NCBI GenBank assembly: GCA_027491395.1
Contig: JAOZFI010000061.1
Coordinates: forward strand, 1 to 21,373
From: Thermoproteota archaeon
Lineage (GTDB): Archaea > Korarchaeota > Korarchaeia > Korarchaeales > Korarchaeaceae
Length of the DNA stretch: 21,373 nt
Direction: 5' to 3'
The position numbers and the translations under genes were made by a program. Under the pieces are notes generated by a model. That model saw only the letters and a program-made list of their open reading frames with translations, was not told the origin of the DNA and did no database searches. Positions 1-8,658 of the stretch are shown here, in pieces; within the stretch, counting starts at the first letter, position 1, and each line of letters opens with the position of its first letter.

Positions 1-143
1 GAGCTCTTCCCACAGCCAGACTCTCCAACTATGGCTAGGGTCTCCCCTTTCTCTATCTCGAAGCTGACGTGGTCCACAGCCTTCACGGTTCCCTTACGGG
101 TTCTGTAATACATGACTAAATCATCTACCTTAAGTAACGCCAT
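1..143 (-). CDS. dppD: Peptide ABC transporter ATP-binding subunit (DppD/OppD family), 5' part; truncated by window edge
   Basis: Not in the ORF track. Manual translation from ATG 143 gives [47 protein letters not shown], with Walker [18 protein letters not shown] lies 5 nt upstream; the gene follows the permeases. Confidence 0.93.
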   Translation of the reverse strand, partial: MALLKVDDLVMYYRTRKGTVKAVDHVSFEIEKGETLAIVGESGCGKS

Positions 144-153
144 GCCGTTCACC

Positions 154-1536
154 TCACATCTCCTTCAACTTCGGGTTCACTATCCTGTCCAGCGCTATAC
201 CTATGAGAGCGAAGGAGATCGCAGTGATTACGAGCATTAATGAAGGCATGAGCACCCAATGATAGTATCCCTTGTACAAAGCTCCCTCGCTGAACGCCTC
301 CTCCACTATCCTGCCCCAAGTCACTATGTTCACATCACTTAGTCCTAGGAAGGCTAGGGCAGCCTCCAAGAACACGTATCCTGGGACGGCAAGCACCAAG
401 CTCGGGATCGTCGGGGGTATCAGCCTAGGCAGTATGTAGAGGAATATTATCCTCATGTTGCTGGCTCCGTAGGCCCTCGCGGCCTCGACGTATGGATAGC
501 TCTTCAGCTGCATAACCCATACTCTGTAAGTCTTCACGGATGTCCCGAATATACTCAGGATTATCAGGAGCAGGAGCAGCCTCCAGAGGTTCATTCCGTA
601 GAGAAGCTGCACTAGGACGAGCATTGGAAGGAAGGGCAGTATCATGTATATCTCGGTCAATCTCTGTATCACCGCATCGACCTTGCCTCCGTAGTACCCG
701 CTGATGGCCGAAATTATGAGCTGTATGAAGGTAATTGAAAGAGAGGCCACAAGTCCGAATGCTAGGGCTATCGGCGCACCCCACAACAGCCCCAAGTGCA
801 GGGGCCTCCTCTTATCGTCCGTTCCCGCCAGTCCGTAAACCTTCCCGTATACTATACCCTGCCATTCAACCCTATCCGTCTCGTTCTTCACCAAGACGTC
901 CAGTCTCACGGTGTACGTTCCTTTCAAGATCCCTCCAGTTTTGAAATTTCTGAACAGTATATCCTCAAGGGTCAAGGATTTGTTTATCTTCTTGCCCAGC
1001 TCCTCCTCTATCTTCTCTTGGAGATCGGATACTAAGCGCAGGTTATTTGATAGGTATATGCTGGTGCCTCCTTTTCTAATTTTGTAGGTTCCTAGCAAGA
1101 GGTTTTCTCCGTCGGGCTTTATCCAAAGTATGCTGACCTTCGGGCGCAGCTTCTCGTAACTCGTGTTGAAGAAGAATATGATCTCCGATGGCGTATCATC
1201 GTAGCTGAATGAGAACTTCGAGATATACGTCCTCTTTATCCTAGTACCTTCCTTAGACACATTTACTGGCTTGCTCATGTTCACATAGATGTTTTCTGGG
1301 AGCTTCTTACCGGAGAAGAGATTCGTCCACTCAGGAGCAGCTGTCCTCGGGTACTTGAGCCACACCTGTTGATCATTCCAGAGTGCACCGCTTTGCGCGA
1401 AGGGTGTGAATAAAACGGCGTATATGGACAGGATTATCAGTCCAGCAAGTATTATGAGCCCTAGGATTGCGCTTTTATAAGATAAGAGCTCCTTGATCAC
1501 TCCCTTAAGGGATAGCTCCTCAGACACGACGCTCAT
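154..1536 (-). CDS. dppC: Peptide ABC transporter permease (DppC/OppC family) with large extracytoplasmic insertion
   Basis: GTD motif (LAGTDDKRR), EAA loop ([11 protein letters not shown]) and EAALAFLGL...WG motif; SD GGTGA 6 nt before ATG; 4-nt ATGA overlap with dppB. Confidence 0.92.
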   Translation of the reverse strand: MSVVSEELSLKGVIKELLSYKSAILGLIILAGLIILSIYAVLFTPFAQSGALWNDQQVWLKYPRTAAPEWTNLFSGKKLPENIYVNMSKPVNVSKEGTRIKRTYISKFSFSYDDTPSEIIFFFNTSYEKLRPKVSILWIKPDGENLLLGTYKIRKGGTSIYLSNNLRLVSDLQEKIEEELGKKINKSLTLEDILFRNFKTGGILKGTYTVRLDVLVKNETDRVEWQGIVYGKVYGLAGTDDKRRPLHLGLLWGAPIALAFGLVASLSITFIQLIISAISGYYGGKVDAVIQRLTEIYMILPFLPMLVLVQLLYGMNLWRLLLLLIILSIFGTSVKTYRVWVMQLKSYPYVEAARAYGASNMRIIFLYILPRLIPPTIPSLVLAVPGYVFLEAALAFLGLSDVNIVTWGRIVEEAFSEGALYKGYYHWVLMPSLMLVITAISFALIGIALDRIVNPKLKEM

Positions 1537-2606
1537 AGTGCCTCACCCATTCCAGCCTTTATTCTAGGATCAACCAACCCGTACAATATGTCTAGGATGA
1601 ACACTGTGGCGGCTATGAGGTAGCCGAACACCACCGTGATTCCCACTATCACCGGCACGTCCACGAGGTTAATGGCCTGGTAGTAGGTCAGGCCGAGCCC
1701 CGGCCAATTGAAGACGGTCTCTGTAATTATGGCCCCGCTCCATGAGAACACGACAGCGAAGGCGAAAGTCGTTATTATTGGGGGCAGGGCGGGCCTGAGG
1801 ATGTACCTCCTCTCTATCTGACCTGGCGGAAGTCCCTTCGCCTTGGCCACCTCCACGTAATCTTCGGTTGAATAGAGCAGGAAGAACGTCCTGTTACTGT
1901 ATATCCCTATGAAGAAGCTGGAGACTATCCAAGAGAGTAGGGGAAGTATCATATGTTTTAGAACGCTCAGGACGTAGCCCACTGGATCCGGGGGTGGCGG
2001 GTAATCCACCAAGCCTCCTGGGGGGAGCACGTGCAGCCATGTATAGAAGATCATGATCAGGAATATCCCGTAGAACCATCCAGGTATGGCGGAGGTTGGT
2101 GATAGATAGATCACGAGCCTATCTAGGAATGAACCGAATTTCCTAGATAGGGACAGCCCCCCGAACAGGCCGATAAAGAAGTTGATTACCGTAGCGGTTG
2201 TGAATAGAAGTATGGTTTGAGGCAGCCTCTCTAGGATAATTACTTTGACGGAACGGGAGCCTGAATCGCTGGTCATCTTCTCTGCCCTGCCTAGGTCCAA
2301 TGTTATTGCATCCCATAGATACCGGAAACTTCTTATGATGAATGGTTGATCTAAACCTTGCCGCTTTATCTCCACCTGTGCTAGCTTCTTGATAAGTGCC
2401 GTTTTCTCTGTCGGGGAGAGGTCTTTATACTGGGGGTTGTTCTGTACTGCTTGAGCTACTTGGAACTCTATCTCCTTTTTCTTGAGTTCATCTATATACC
2501 CTCCGACGTTAGCGACTAGTATAGTGATGTAGGTAGCGATGAGGACTATTACGAATAGTATGAGCGCTCGCTTTACGAGTACCTTAACTACAGGCGGCAC
2601 CTTCAT
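1533..2606 (-). CDS. dppB: Peptide ABC transporter permease (DppB/OppB family)
   Basis: LDLG, ERLPQT, EDYVEVAKAKGL (EAA loop), ETVFNWPGLG and DPRI motifs. Start moved from 2636 to ATG 2606 because 2636 directly abuts the internal TATA box. Confidence 0.92.
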   Translation of the reverse strand: MKVPPVVKVLVKRALILFVIVLIATYITILVANVGGYIDELKKKEIEFQVAQAVQNNPQYKDLSPTEKTALIKKLAQVEIKRQGLDQPFIIRSFRYLWDAITLDLGRAEKMTSDSGSRSVKVIILERLPQTILLFTTATVINFFIGLFGGLSLSRKFGSFLDRLVIYLSPTSAIPGWFYGIFLIMIFYTWLHVLPPGGLVDYPPPPDPVGYVLSVLKHMILPLLSWIVSSFFIGIYSNRTFFLLYSTEDYVEVAKAKGLPPGQIERRYILRPALPPIITTFAFAVVFSWSGAIITETVFNWPGLGLTYYQAINLVDVPVIVGITVVFGYLIAATVFILDILYGLVDPRIKAGMGEAL

Positions 2607-2637
2607 CCTCTTTCGCCGAGGGATGTCCTTCCGCATG

Positions 2638-2655
2638 AATATAAAAAAGTTGATC
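2638..2655 (-). promoter_or_regulatory. Putative internal BRE/TATA promoter for the permease-ATPase genes
   Basis: Minus strand reads GATCAACTTTTTTATATT, ending about 32 nt upstream of ATG 2606. Confidence 0.5.
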
Positions 2656-2675
2656 TAGGGCGCTAAGACGTTCCC

Positions 2676-2695
2676 AAAAAGAAAGAGAGGAGAGT
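2676..2695 (-). terminator. Putative archaeal oligo(U)/pyrimidine-tract terminator after the solute-binding protein gene
   Basis: Minus strand directly after the TGA reads ACTCTCCTCTCTTTCTTTTT. Confidence 0.55.
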
Positions 2696-5284
2696 TCAGA
2701 GCTTCTCGAATACGGCAGTTATCTCGTCCAGATCCACCTGCCCGTTGCCGTTCTTGTCCTCCCACTTGACTATGACAAGTGCCTTATTGAGCTTGTGCTC
2801 CTTAACGAACAGCAGCGCGGCCTCTGTACCGAATCTCGTTATTCCAGCGACGTACAGGTTGTCTCCTATCAGGATGGCTATCCCATGGTCCATCTTGGCC
2901 CATCTGGCCTCATAGGTACCGGCGCCGGGCACTACCATCTTGTTGCCCTCGAACTTGATGCCAGCTTCCTCGAAGGCCACCTTGGTGTGTATGTTGACCT
3001 TGGGACCTCCCACGACAAGGCTGACTCCCTCAGGACCGGACTTTATGTCAGCGGCCGGGTAGTACTTCCAGACTATGCTCTTGTCGAATCCGAAAGCCAC
3101 TATCTCGAACGGGTATATCATGAACTCGCTGAGGAACCTAGCGGGTTTCTCTATGGTGTACGGCAGGAGCCTCACTGCCTTCAGGAGTGCGGTGTGAGCG
3201 ACGGCGTCCACCTTCTCGAGGTAGTACGGTCCATCACCGACCCAGAAGTGGCCGTACTTCTCGTAGAACTCCTTGTAGAGCTTGTACCTCCTCTTCGCCT
3301 CGGCAGTGGTCACGTACTTCTCCATGAAGTTCTTGAACGGTATGTATCCTTCATTGTAGGCCTCGTTCAAGTACTTCTCGAGTATCTTCAGGCTCGGTCC
3401 GGCTATATAGTTCATCCACTCTACGTCGAGCTTGTCGGCCTTGGAGGAGGAGAACGCGGCCTCCCTATTCTTCTCAGCGAGCATACCGATAGCTATCGTG
3501 TGCCAAGGCATGTCGGGCCACAGGGTGTAGTCGGCGGCGATTATCTCGGCATCCAGCTGCACCTCATTCACGTAGTACTCTATCTTGAGAGGCTCGAGGC
3601 TTACTATTCTCCAAGCGACGAAGTTCTCCCTGTATACCTCGAAGTTGGGCACAGACGACTCGTCGTACCACGGGCTCTTGGGATCTGCCCTTTCGAAATT
3701 CAATATCCAAGGTATTATGAAGTCAGCAAGGGTCCTCTTGGTGCCATCGTGGTATACTGTCCTGTTCAACACGTCTCCGTAGTCCACGATGAACTTCACA
3801 TTGGCCGTAGTGACGCCGGCCTCCTTAGCGGTGACTATCTTCTGGTTCTCGACATCCCACCCGTACCAAGCATCAGGAGGCACAGTCACCTCGTCCACGA
3901 ACGTGAGATTGAACCAGTCCTTAGTCTCCTCGTTAGCAGAGGTCAGCAGGCCTTCCTTGGCCCACATTTGGACTGTCTTAACGTTTATCGGTACTGGTAA
4001 TCCGGTCTTCGGGTGCAGCGAGAATGCAGCCTCGGTCACACCGTAGTCGTAAAGCATGGTATCGTATATCGCGTCGGATGGGGCTATGGGGTTCCAAGGA
4101 TCGGATATGACCTCGGCGCTAGCTATCCTAGCGGTACCACCCATCTTCTCGTCCCTGTTCATGGTCAGAGCCCATATGGGAGTCGGGTAACCTCCAGCGT
4201 AGTCAGCTATGAGGAAGAGACCCTTCCTCCTCACCCAGACGGCAGTCTGATCTACGAGCCATACCCTTACAGAGTCCTTGAGTGAGAGCTCGATGGCCTT
4301 CCTCATGAGTTCATTTCTCTCCTCTATGCTCTTGAACTGCCTGTAGGCGAGCTTCTTAGCAACATCATAGAACTCGGGAGCAGGCTTGTAAGCATCCCAG
4401 AGCGGGAACCCAGGTAGACCTTCGGGCGTATAGAAGAACAGGAAGTTGTCAGAGTCGTCCCTGCTAACAGCGGTGGTTATCCATCCACCAGTGTATATGT
4501 CCCATTGGCCCTCAGCCGGGTCGCCCCATATCCAATACCTAGCGGCTTCCCTGAAGGTCATGTACATCCTTTCTACAGTGAAACCAAGCTTCTCCAACTG
4601 GGTAGCTACGTAATCCCCTATGGGCTTTCTAGCATCTTCCACCCTTATTATGAACTTGACCTTGACCGGCTCTCCGTTGTAGTACCATTTGTCGCCCACT
4701 AGAGTCGCGCCGAGCTTCCTCATCTCAGCATCTATTATGGTCTTACCCTTGTCGAAGTCGTAGGAATACATGTCCTCTATCTCATCTAGTATATCTATGT
4801 ACCTCTGACCCTCCGGTAGTGCCTTTACCAAACAAGTAAACTTTGGTACAGCGAGCCCGCCCATTATTTCGTTGACTATGTAATCTCTGTCTATGACGTA
4901 ATTCATAGCCTCCCTTATCCTAGGAACGCTGAAGGGGTTCAGCCTTCCATCCTTATACGTTGGACCGACAGGGTTGAAGGTGAGCTCGTAGTATAATCCG
5001 TAGGAGAAATCATACTCCAACTGCGGAGACTCCTTGATCTTCTTGAAGGCCACTGGGTCAGAGATGTCTATGAAGTAAGCATCCATATCTCCCTTTATGA
5101 GCATGTCAAGAGCTTTGTCCCTGCTAGGCTCGGAGAAGAAGACCACCTGATCGAACCATCCGTACTTGTTAAAGGGGAGCCTCTCCTCAGGCTCAGCCAG
5201 CAAAGGCGAAGCCGATGGTAGGAGTAGAAGTGCTACCATTAGTGCGAAGATCGCTACACTAACACCATTCATTCCATTCCGCAT
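2696..5284 (-). CDS. dppA: Peptide ABC transporter solute-binding protein (family 5), with signal peptide and extra C-terminal S-layer-like/Ca-binding domain
   Basis: Hydrophobic N-terminal signal; family-5 motifs NPFSVPRIREAMNYVIDRDYIV and GDGPYYL; first gene of the dpp cluster; SD GGGGTGA 4 nt before ATG. Confidence 0.9.
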   Translation of the reverse strand: MRNGMNGVSVAIFALMVALLLLPSASPLLAEPEERLPFNKYGWFDQVVFFSEPSRDKALDMLIKGDMDAYFIDISDPVAFKKIKESPQLEYDFSYGLYYELTFNPVGPTYKDGRLNPFSVPRIREAMNYVIDRDYIVNEIMGGLAVPKFTCLVKALPEGQRYIDILDEIEDMYSYDFDKGKTIIDAEMRKLGATLVGDKWYYNGEPVKVKFIIRVEDARKPIGDYVATQLEKLGFTVERMYMTFREAARYWIWGDPAEGQWDIYTGGWITTAVSRDDSDNFLFFYTPEGLPGFPLWDAYKPAPEFYDVAKKLAYRQFKSIEERNELMRKAIELSLKDSVRVWLVDQTAVWVRRKGLFLIADYAGGYPTPIWALTMNRDEKMGGTARIASAEVISDPWNPIAPSDAIYDTMLYDYGVTEAAFSLHPKTGLPVPINVKTVQMWAKEGLLTSANEETKDWFNLTFVDEVTVPPDAWYGWDVENQKIVTAKEAGVTTANVKFIVDYGDVLNRTVYHDGTKRTLADFIIPWILNFERADPKSPWYDESSVPNFEVYRENFVAWRIVSLEPLKIEYYVNEVQLDAEIIAADYTLWPDMPWHTIAIGMLAEKNREAAFSSSKADKLDVEWMNYIAGPSLKILEKYLNEAYNEGYIPFKNFMEKYVTTAEAKRRYKLYKEFYEKYGHFWVGDGPYYLEKVDAVAHTALLKAVRLLPYTIEKPARFLSEFMIYPFEIVAFGFDKSIVWKYYPAADIKSGPEGVSLVVGGPKVNIHTKVAFEEAGIKFEGNKMVVPGAGTYEARWAKMDHGIAILIGDNLYVAGITRFGTEAALLFVKEHKLNKALVIVKWEDKNGNGQVDLDEITAVFEKL

Positions 5285-5333
5285 AGACTCACCCCATTGT
5301 AGGGCTGTCTGTATGCTCCTCTCCCCATTATTA

Positions 5334-5341
5334 AATATAAA
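5334..5341 (-). promoter_or_regulatory. Putative TATA box of the dpp operon
   Basis: Minus strand reads TTTATATT about 50 nt upstream of ATG 5284. Confidence 0.5.
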
Positions 5342-5603
5342 CGTTGTAGTGTGAGAAAAGAAGGGTCAAGAAAGACATTTCTCCAAAAAAAGACTAGATG
5401 GCATACTCTTATATTGCCTCAATCCACTTCAATCGTTCAACATATTGGCTCGCTCGTCTAGTCAATATCCTTCCGACTTAGCATGATCAAAACGACCTTA
5501 TAACCCCGTGTATAACCGGCATTTACCGAGGAAGTATGAGTGCACCCCATTCCTTGGCATTTTATCCTAGCATCTCGGTCCTTACTAGAAGCTCACTTAG
5601 AGT

Positions 5604-5613
5604 AATTTTTTAA
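5604..5613 (+). promoter_or_regulatory. Putative TATA box of the aminotransferase gene
   Basis: AATTTTTTAA ends about 32 nt before ATG 5645; an SD-like GGGTGG follows. Confidence 0.4.
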
Positions 5614-5644
5614 CGAATAGGATCGAATGTCGTAGGGTGGTGCC

Positions 5645-6979
5645 ATGGATGTACCCAAAATAGTCGTCACTCCCCCTGGCCCCAAGGCTAGGGAAATTTT
5701 GGAGAGGGATTCCAAGGTTATATCTCCCTCTTACGTGCGGTTCTATCCCCTCGTGGTGGAGAGGGGTGAAGGATCTCTCCTCTACGACGTGGACGGTAAT
5801 GTATACATAGACCTCAACTCGGGGCTGGGGGTAATGAATGTAGGACACGCCCATCCCGAGGTAGTCGAGGCCATAAAGAGGCAGGCGGAGAAGCTCCTCC
5901 ATTACTCGAATACTGACTTCTACTACGAGGAATCTGTAAAATTTGCCGAGAAGCTAGTCTCTATTGCCCCCGGTAACTTTGGAAAGAAGGTTTTCTTCTC
6001 TAACAGCGGAACAGAGTCGGTCGAAGCGGCAATAAAGCTGGCTAGATGGAGGACCAAGAGGCAGTACGTAATCGGATTCATTGGCGCGTTCCATGGAAGA
6101 ACCTATGGGTCTCTCAGCATAACCTCGAGCAAGCCAGTGCAGAGAGCCGGTTTTTCCCCATTAGTCCCAGGGATAGTGCATGTCCCGTACCCTTACTCCT
6201 ATAGATGCCCGTTTGGAGCATCACCCGACGATCCGGAGGAGTGTGCCAACAGAACAATAGCCTTCATAGAGGATTGGGTCTTCGGGAAGTTCGTCCCGCC
6301 CGAGGAGGTGGCCGCTTTCATATTCGAACCAATTCAAGGTGAGGGAGGTTATATCGTTCCTCCAGAAAACTTCATTCCCCAGCTGAGGAAGCTCGCTAAC
6401 GAGCATGGGATACTGCTGATAGATGACGAGGTTCAGGCCGGAATGGGCAGGACTGGGAAGTGGTGGGCCATCCAGCACTTCGGAGTTGATCCCGACATCC
6501 TTACCAGTGCTAAGGCCCTAGGTGGTGGGCTCCCAATAGGGGCCACGATAGCGAGGGAAGACGTGATGACATGGCCCGGAGGGTCCCACGCCTCCACATT
6601 CGGAGGTAACCCAGTATCTTGCGCCTCCGGATTAGCCACAATAAATGTGATAGAGAGGGAAAAGCTGGTGGAAAGGGCTGCAGCGCTGGGCGATAAGGTG
6701 ATGAAGCTACTCAATGAGTGGAAGGAGAAGTACGAGATAGTTGGCGATGTGAGAGGCAAGGGCCTCATGATAGGGATAGAGATTGTGAAAGACAAGACCA
6801 GCAGGAAGAAGGCTCCGGATCTGGCTCAAGAGATAATGATGAGGGCTTGGAAGTCGGGTGTGGCGATAATAACTGCGGGGGTGAACGCACTAAGAATATT
6901 CCCACCGCTGAACATAGAGGAGGAGTACCTGTTCAAGGCCCTTGAGATAGTGGAGGATAAGATAAGGGAAGTCTCCTGA
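5645..6979 (+). CDS. Class III PLP-dependent aminotransferase (ornithine/4-aminobutyrate aminotransferase family)
   Basis: NSGTESVEAAIK, FHGRT, EPIQGEGG, DEVQAGMGRTG, PLP lysine in SAKALGGG, and HASTFGGNP. Exact substrate cannot be determined from sequence. Confidence 0.93.
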   Translation: MDVPKIVVTPPGPKAREILERDSKVISPSYVRFYPLVVERGEGSLLYDVDGNVYIDLNSGLGVMNVGHAHPEVVEAIKRQAEKLLHYSNTDFYYEESVKFAEKLVSIAPGNFGKKVFFSNSGTESVEAAIKLARWRTKRQYVIGFIGAFHGRTYGSLSITSSKPVQRAGFSPLVPGIVHVPYPYSYRCPFGASPDDPEECANRTIAFIEDWVFGKFVPPEEVAAFIFEPIQGEGGYIVPPENFIPQLRKLANEHGILLIDDEVQAGMGRTGKWWAIQHFGVDPDILTSAKALGGGLPIGATIAREDVMTWPGGSHASTFGGNPVSCASGLATINVIEREKLVERAAALGDKVMKLLNEWKEKYEIVGDVRGKGLMIGIEIVKDKTSRKKAPDLAQEIMMRAWKSGVAIITAGVNALRIFPPLNIEEEYLFKALEIVEDKIREVS

Positions 6980-7001
6980 TCTCTCTATCCAATTCCCTCC
7001 T

Positions 7002-7451
7002 TTATTCTCCGCCGGATCCTTGAATTAGCTTATTGACCACATCCCTGAGTTCTCCCTTCTCCCTAGGGATATCGTACTCCATGCACATCAGGTCAGCAGC
7101 TTCCGCGTACTTGCCTTGGATCCTCATGCCCGATTTGCAGTAGATCCTTTTCTTCCTAGCTTGGTAGCATATCTCACAGATGAGGATGGAGAGGTCCTTC
7201 TTAGTGAGGTCCTTATTTATCAGTCCGGTAGCTATCCTGTTAACTATCCTCATTATCTCCTTGTCGTTCCTCAGATCTATTATGTTGCCCCTAGCCCCCC
7301 TCAGGTACTGACTTATGGCCGCTTGGGTAACTCCAAGCATCTTAGCCACATCTATCTGTCTGAGCTTATACTTAGTTATGAGCTCCTTGGCTACGAGGGC
7401 CCTTACAGACGGAATGAGCGTCTTAACCACGAGCTCGCACGGCTGTATCGT
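7002..7451 (-). CDS. Cys-containing XRE-type HTH transcriptional regulator (COG2522-like)
   Basis: HTH QIDVAKMLGVTQAAISQYLRGARG; CEIC plus further Cys. The family N-terminal PCE motif lies upstream of the track start (GTG 7430), so the start is proposed at ACG 7451 (see findings). Confidence 0.8.
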   Translation of the reverse strand, partial: TIQPCELVVKTLIPSVRALVAKELITKYKLRQIDVAKMLGVTQAAISQYLRGARGNIIDLRNDKEIMRIVNRIATGLINKDLTKKDLSILICEICYQARKKRIYCKSGMRIQGKYAEAADLMCMEYDIPREKGELRDVVNKLIQGSGGE

Positions 7452-7480
7452 TCTCTATCACCTACTATAACATACGTTTT

Positions 7481-7494
7481 CGTTATATATAACG
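7481..7494. promoter_or_regulatory. Perfect 14-bp palindrome containing the TATA box of the HTH gene
   Basis: CGTTATATATAACG, about 30 nt upstream of the proposed start. Confidence 0.55.
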
Positions 7495-7541
7495 GTATGC
7501 GTTCGGTAAAATGGGACCTTTTGCTATTTATTCCCCACGTC

Positions 7542-7551
7542 ATAAAAAAGA
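7542..7551 (-). terminator. Possible oligo(U) terminator after the NDK-like gene
   Basis: Minus strand reads TCTTTTTTAT immediately after the TAA; it could alternatively be a TATA element. Confidence 0.35.
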
Positions 7552-8658
7552 TTAGGATGAGGAAATGATCATCTTGCCATTCTTCTCGAGATCCCTCACC
7601 ATCTGGGGCATTACCGCCCAAGTGCTATGAACGACGACCTCTCCCCATCCCGAGCCAATCAATTCCCTCGACAGACTGAACATGAGCAGTTTGTCGAAAT
7701 CGCTCTCGTTAGAGAGAGCCCTCTCATCACTGAGCAGCTTAATCATCTTCGCCGCCACTAGGGAATCCTCCAACCTCTCGGCGAGCTTGCCTTTACCCTT
7801 GGGATCCGCTGGAAGCCTAGCATTCCTGACGAGCTCCCTATCAATCTCCTCCATGACCTCGCTAGCAATCAGGGACAATTTAACCTCAGTTTCCTTGAGA
7901 GTGAGTCTTTCCTCATCTATGGGCAGCTCCTTAGCAACTACTTCAGCCTCCCTGTCTAAAAGTTCTTGGATCTCAGCTCTCCTGATGTCTATATAGTCCA
8001 ATGCCTCCAGCTTGACCTCATTGAATGTCCTCCACCTCAGGAGGTTCACCGGCTCCTCCGGCACTATCTCATCTGGATCATATCTGACCTCCTCCGTGGA
8101 GAGCATCGCATCCAAGATCTCATCCAAATCGAAGAATACGCTGGCCTCCCTTACAGCGGCTGCTGGATCATCCGCGGCGTGTATGATGTTGAGCACCCTA
8201 TTGGTGCCCTTCAGGTCATACCTCAGGTTCCCCGGTTTACCAGCATCCGGCGTCGTCGGACCGATTATGTCCCTCAGCTTGGCGCTCAGATGTTCGAACT
8301 CCCCGGGGTCCCCAATTAGGATCATCGGGATCACCGGGGCCTGGCTGAATACCTTGGGCATGATCCACCAAGAATCGAAATACTTCTGCTTCACGAACAT
8401 GTAGAGCTCATCTATGAGGGTCTCGTCCATCTCGGTGACCATCATTGCTACGGGAATAAGTCCGGATTCTTTCAGTCTGCTTATGACCTCTGGAGCGAGA
8501 CCTCGCACGAACGCATCCGGTTTCACCATGGCGAAGGTCATCTTGGGTAGTGAGGAGATATGCTCCTCGTCGGCCTCTGAGGTGAACTTCTCCTTGAGCT
8601 CCGAGAAGACGGGTCTCTCGACCTCGTCTTCCCTTTCGAAGTAGGCCAGTGGATCCAT
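7552..8658 (-). CDS. Nucleoside-diphosphate kinase domain protein with long C-terminal helical extension
   Basis: TFAMVKPDA, LRDIIGPT, PGNLR and NIIHAADD...RE match the NDK signature with the phospho-His retained. Start reassigned to ATG 8658 (SD GGGGTGA, 4-nt spacing); 368 aa versus about 150 aa for canonical NDK. Confidence 0.8.
   Translation of the reverse strand: MDPLAYFEREDEVERPVFSELKEKFTSEADEEHISSLPKMTFAMVKPDAFVRGLAPEVISRLKESGLIPVAMMVTEMDETLIDELYMFVKQKYFDSWWIMPKVFSQAPVIPMILIGDPGEFEHLSAKLRDIIGPTTPDAGKPGNLRYDLKGTNRVLNIIHAADDPAAAVREASVFFDLDEILDAMLSTEEVRYDPDEIVPEEPVNLLRWRTFNEVKLEALDYIDIRRAEIQELLDREAEVVAKELPIDEERLTLKETEVKLSLIASEVMEEIDRELVRNARLPADPKGKGKLAERLEDSLVAAKMIKLLSDERALSNESDFDKLLMFSLSRELIGSGWGEVVVHSTWAVMPQMVRDLEKNGKMIISSS

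Noticed and set aside
2795-4000. 401-aa plus-strand ORF
   Set aside because: Fully antisense to dppA, with no recognisable motifs and His/Leu/Val-rich shadow composition; a codon-bias artefact.
5285-5644. tRNA, C/D-box sRNA or CRISPR array in the intergenic regions
   Set aside because: No cloverleaf, no paired RTGATGA/CTGA boxes, and no regularly spaced 24-40 bp repeats were seen here or at 13937-14122.
5597-6945. Several 75-120 aa ORFs overlapping the aminotransferase, and similar short ORFs inside other genes
   Set aside because: Antisense or alternate-frame ORFs within confident genes, with no SD, promoter or motif support.
5645-6979. Amino-acid racemase assignment for the class III PLP enzyme
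   Set aside because: Some archaeal homologues are racemases, but this cannot be separated from a transaminase by eye; needs a phylogeny with characterised members.
7116-7621. ORFs 7116-7568 (+) and 7403-7621 (-) as genes, or as a frameshifted N-terminus of the HTH regulator
   Set aside because: They run across the promoter palindrome and U-tract; the SD plus ACG explains the HTH N-terminus more simply.
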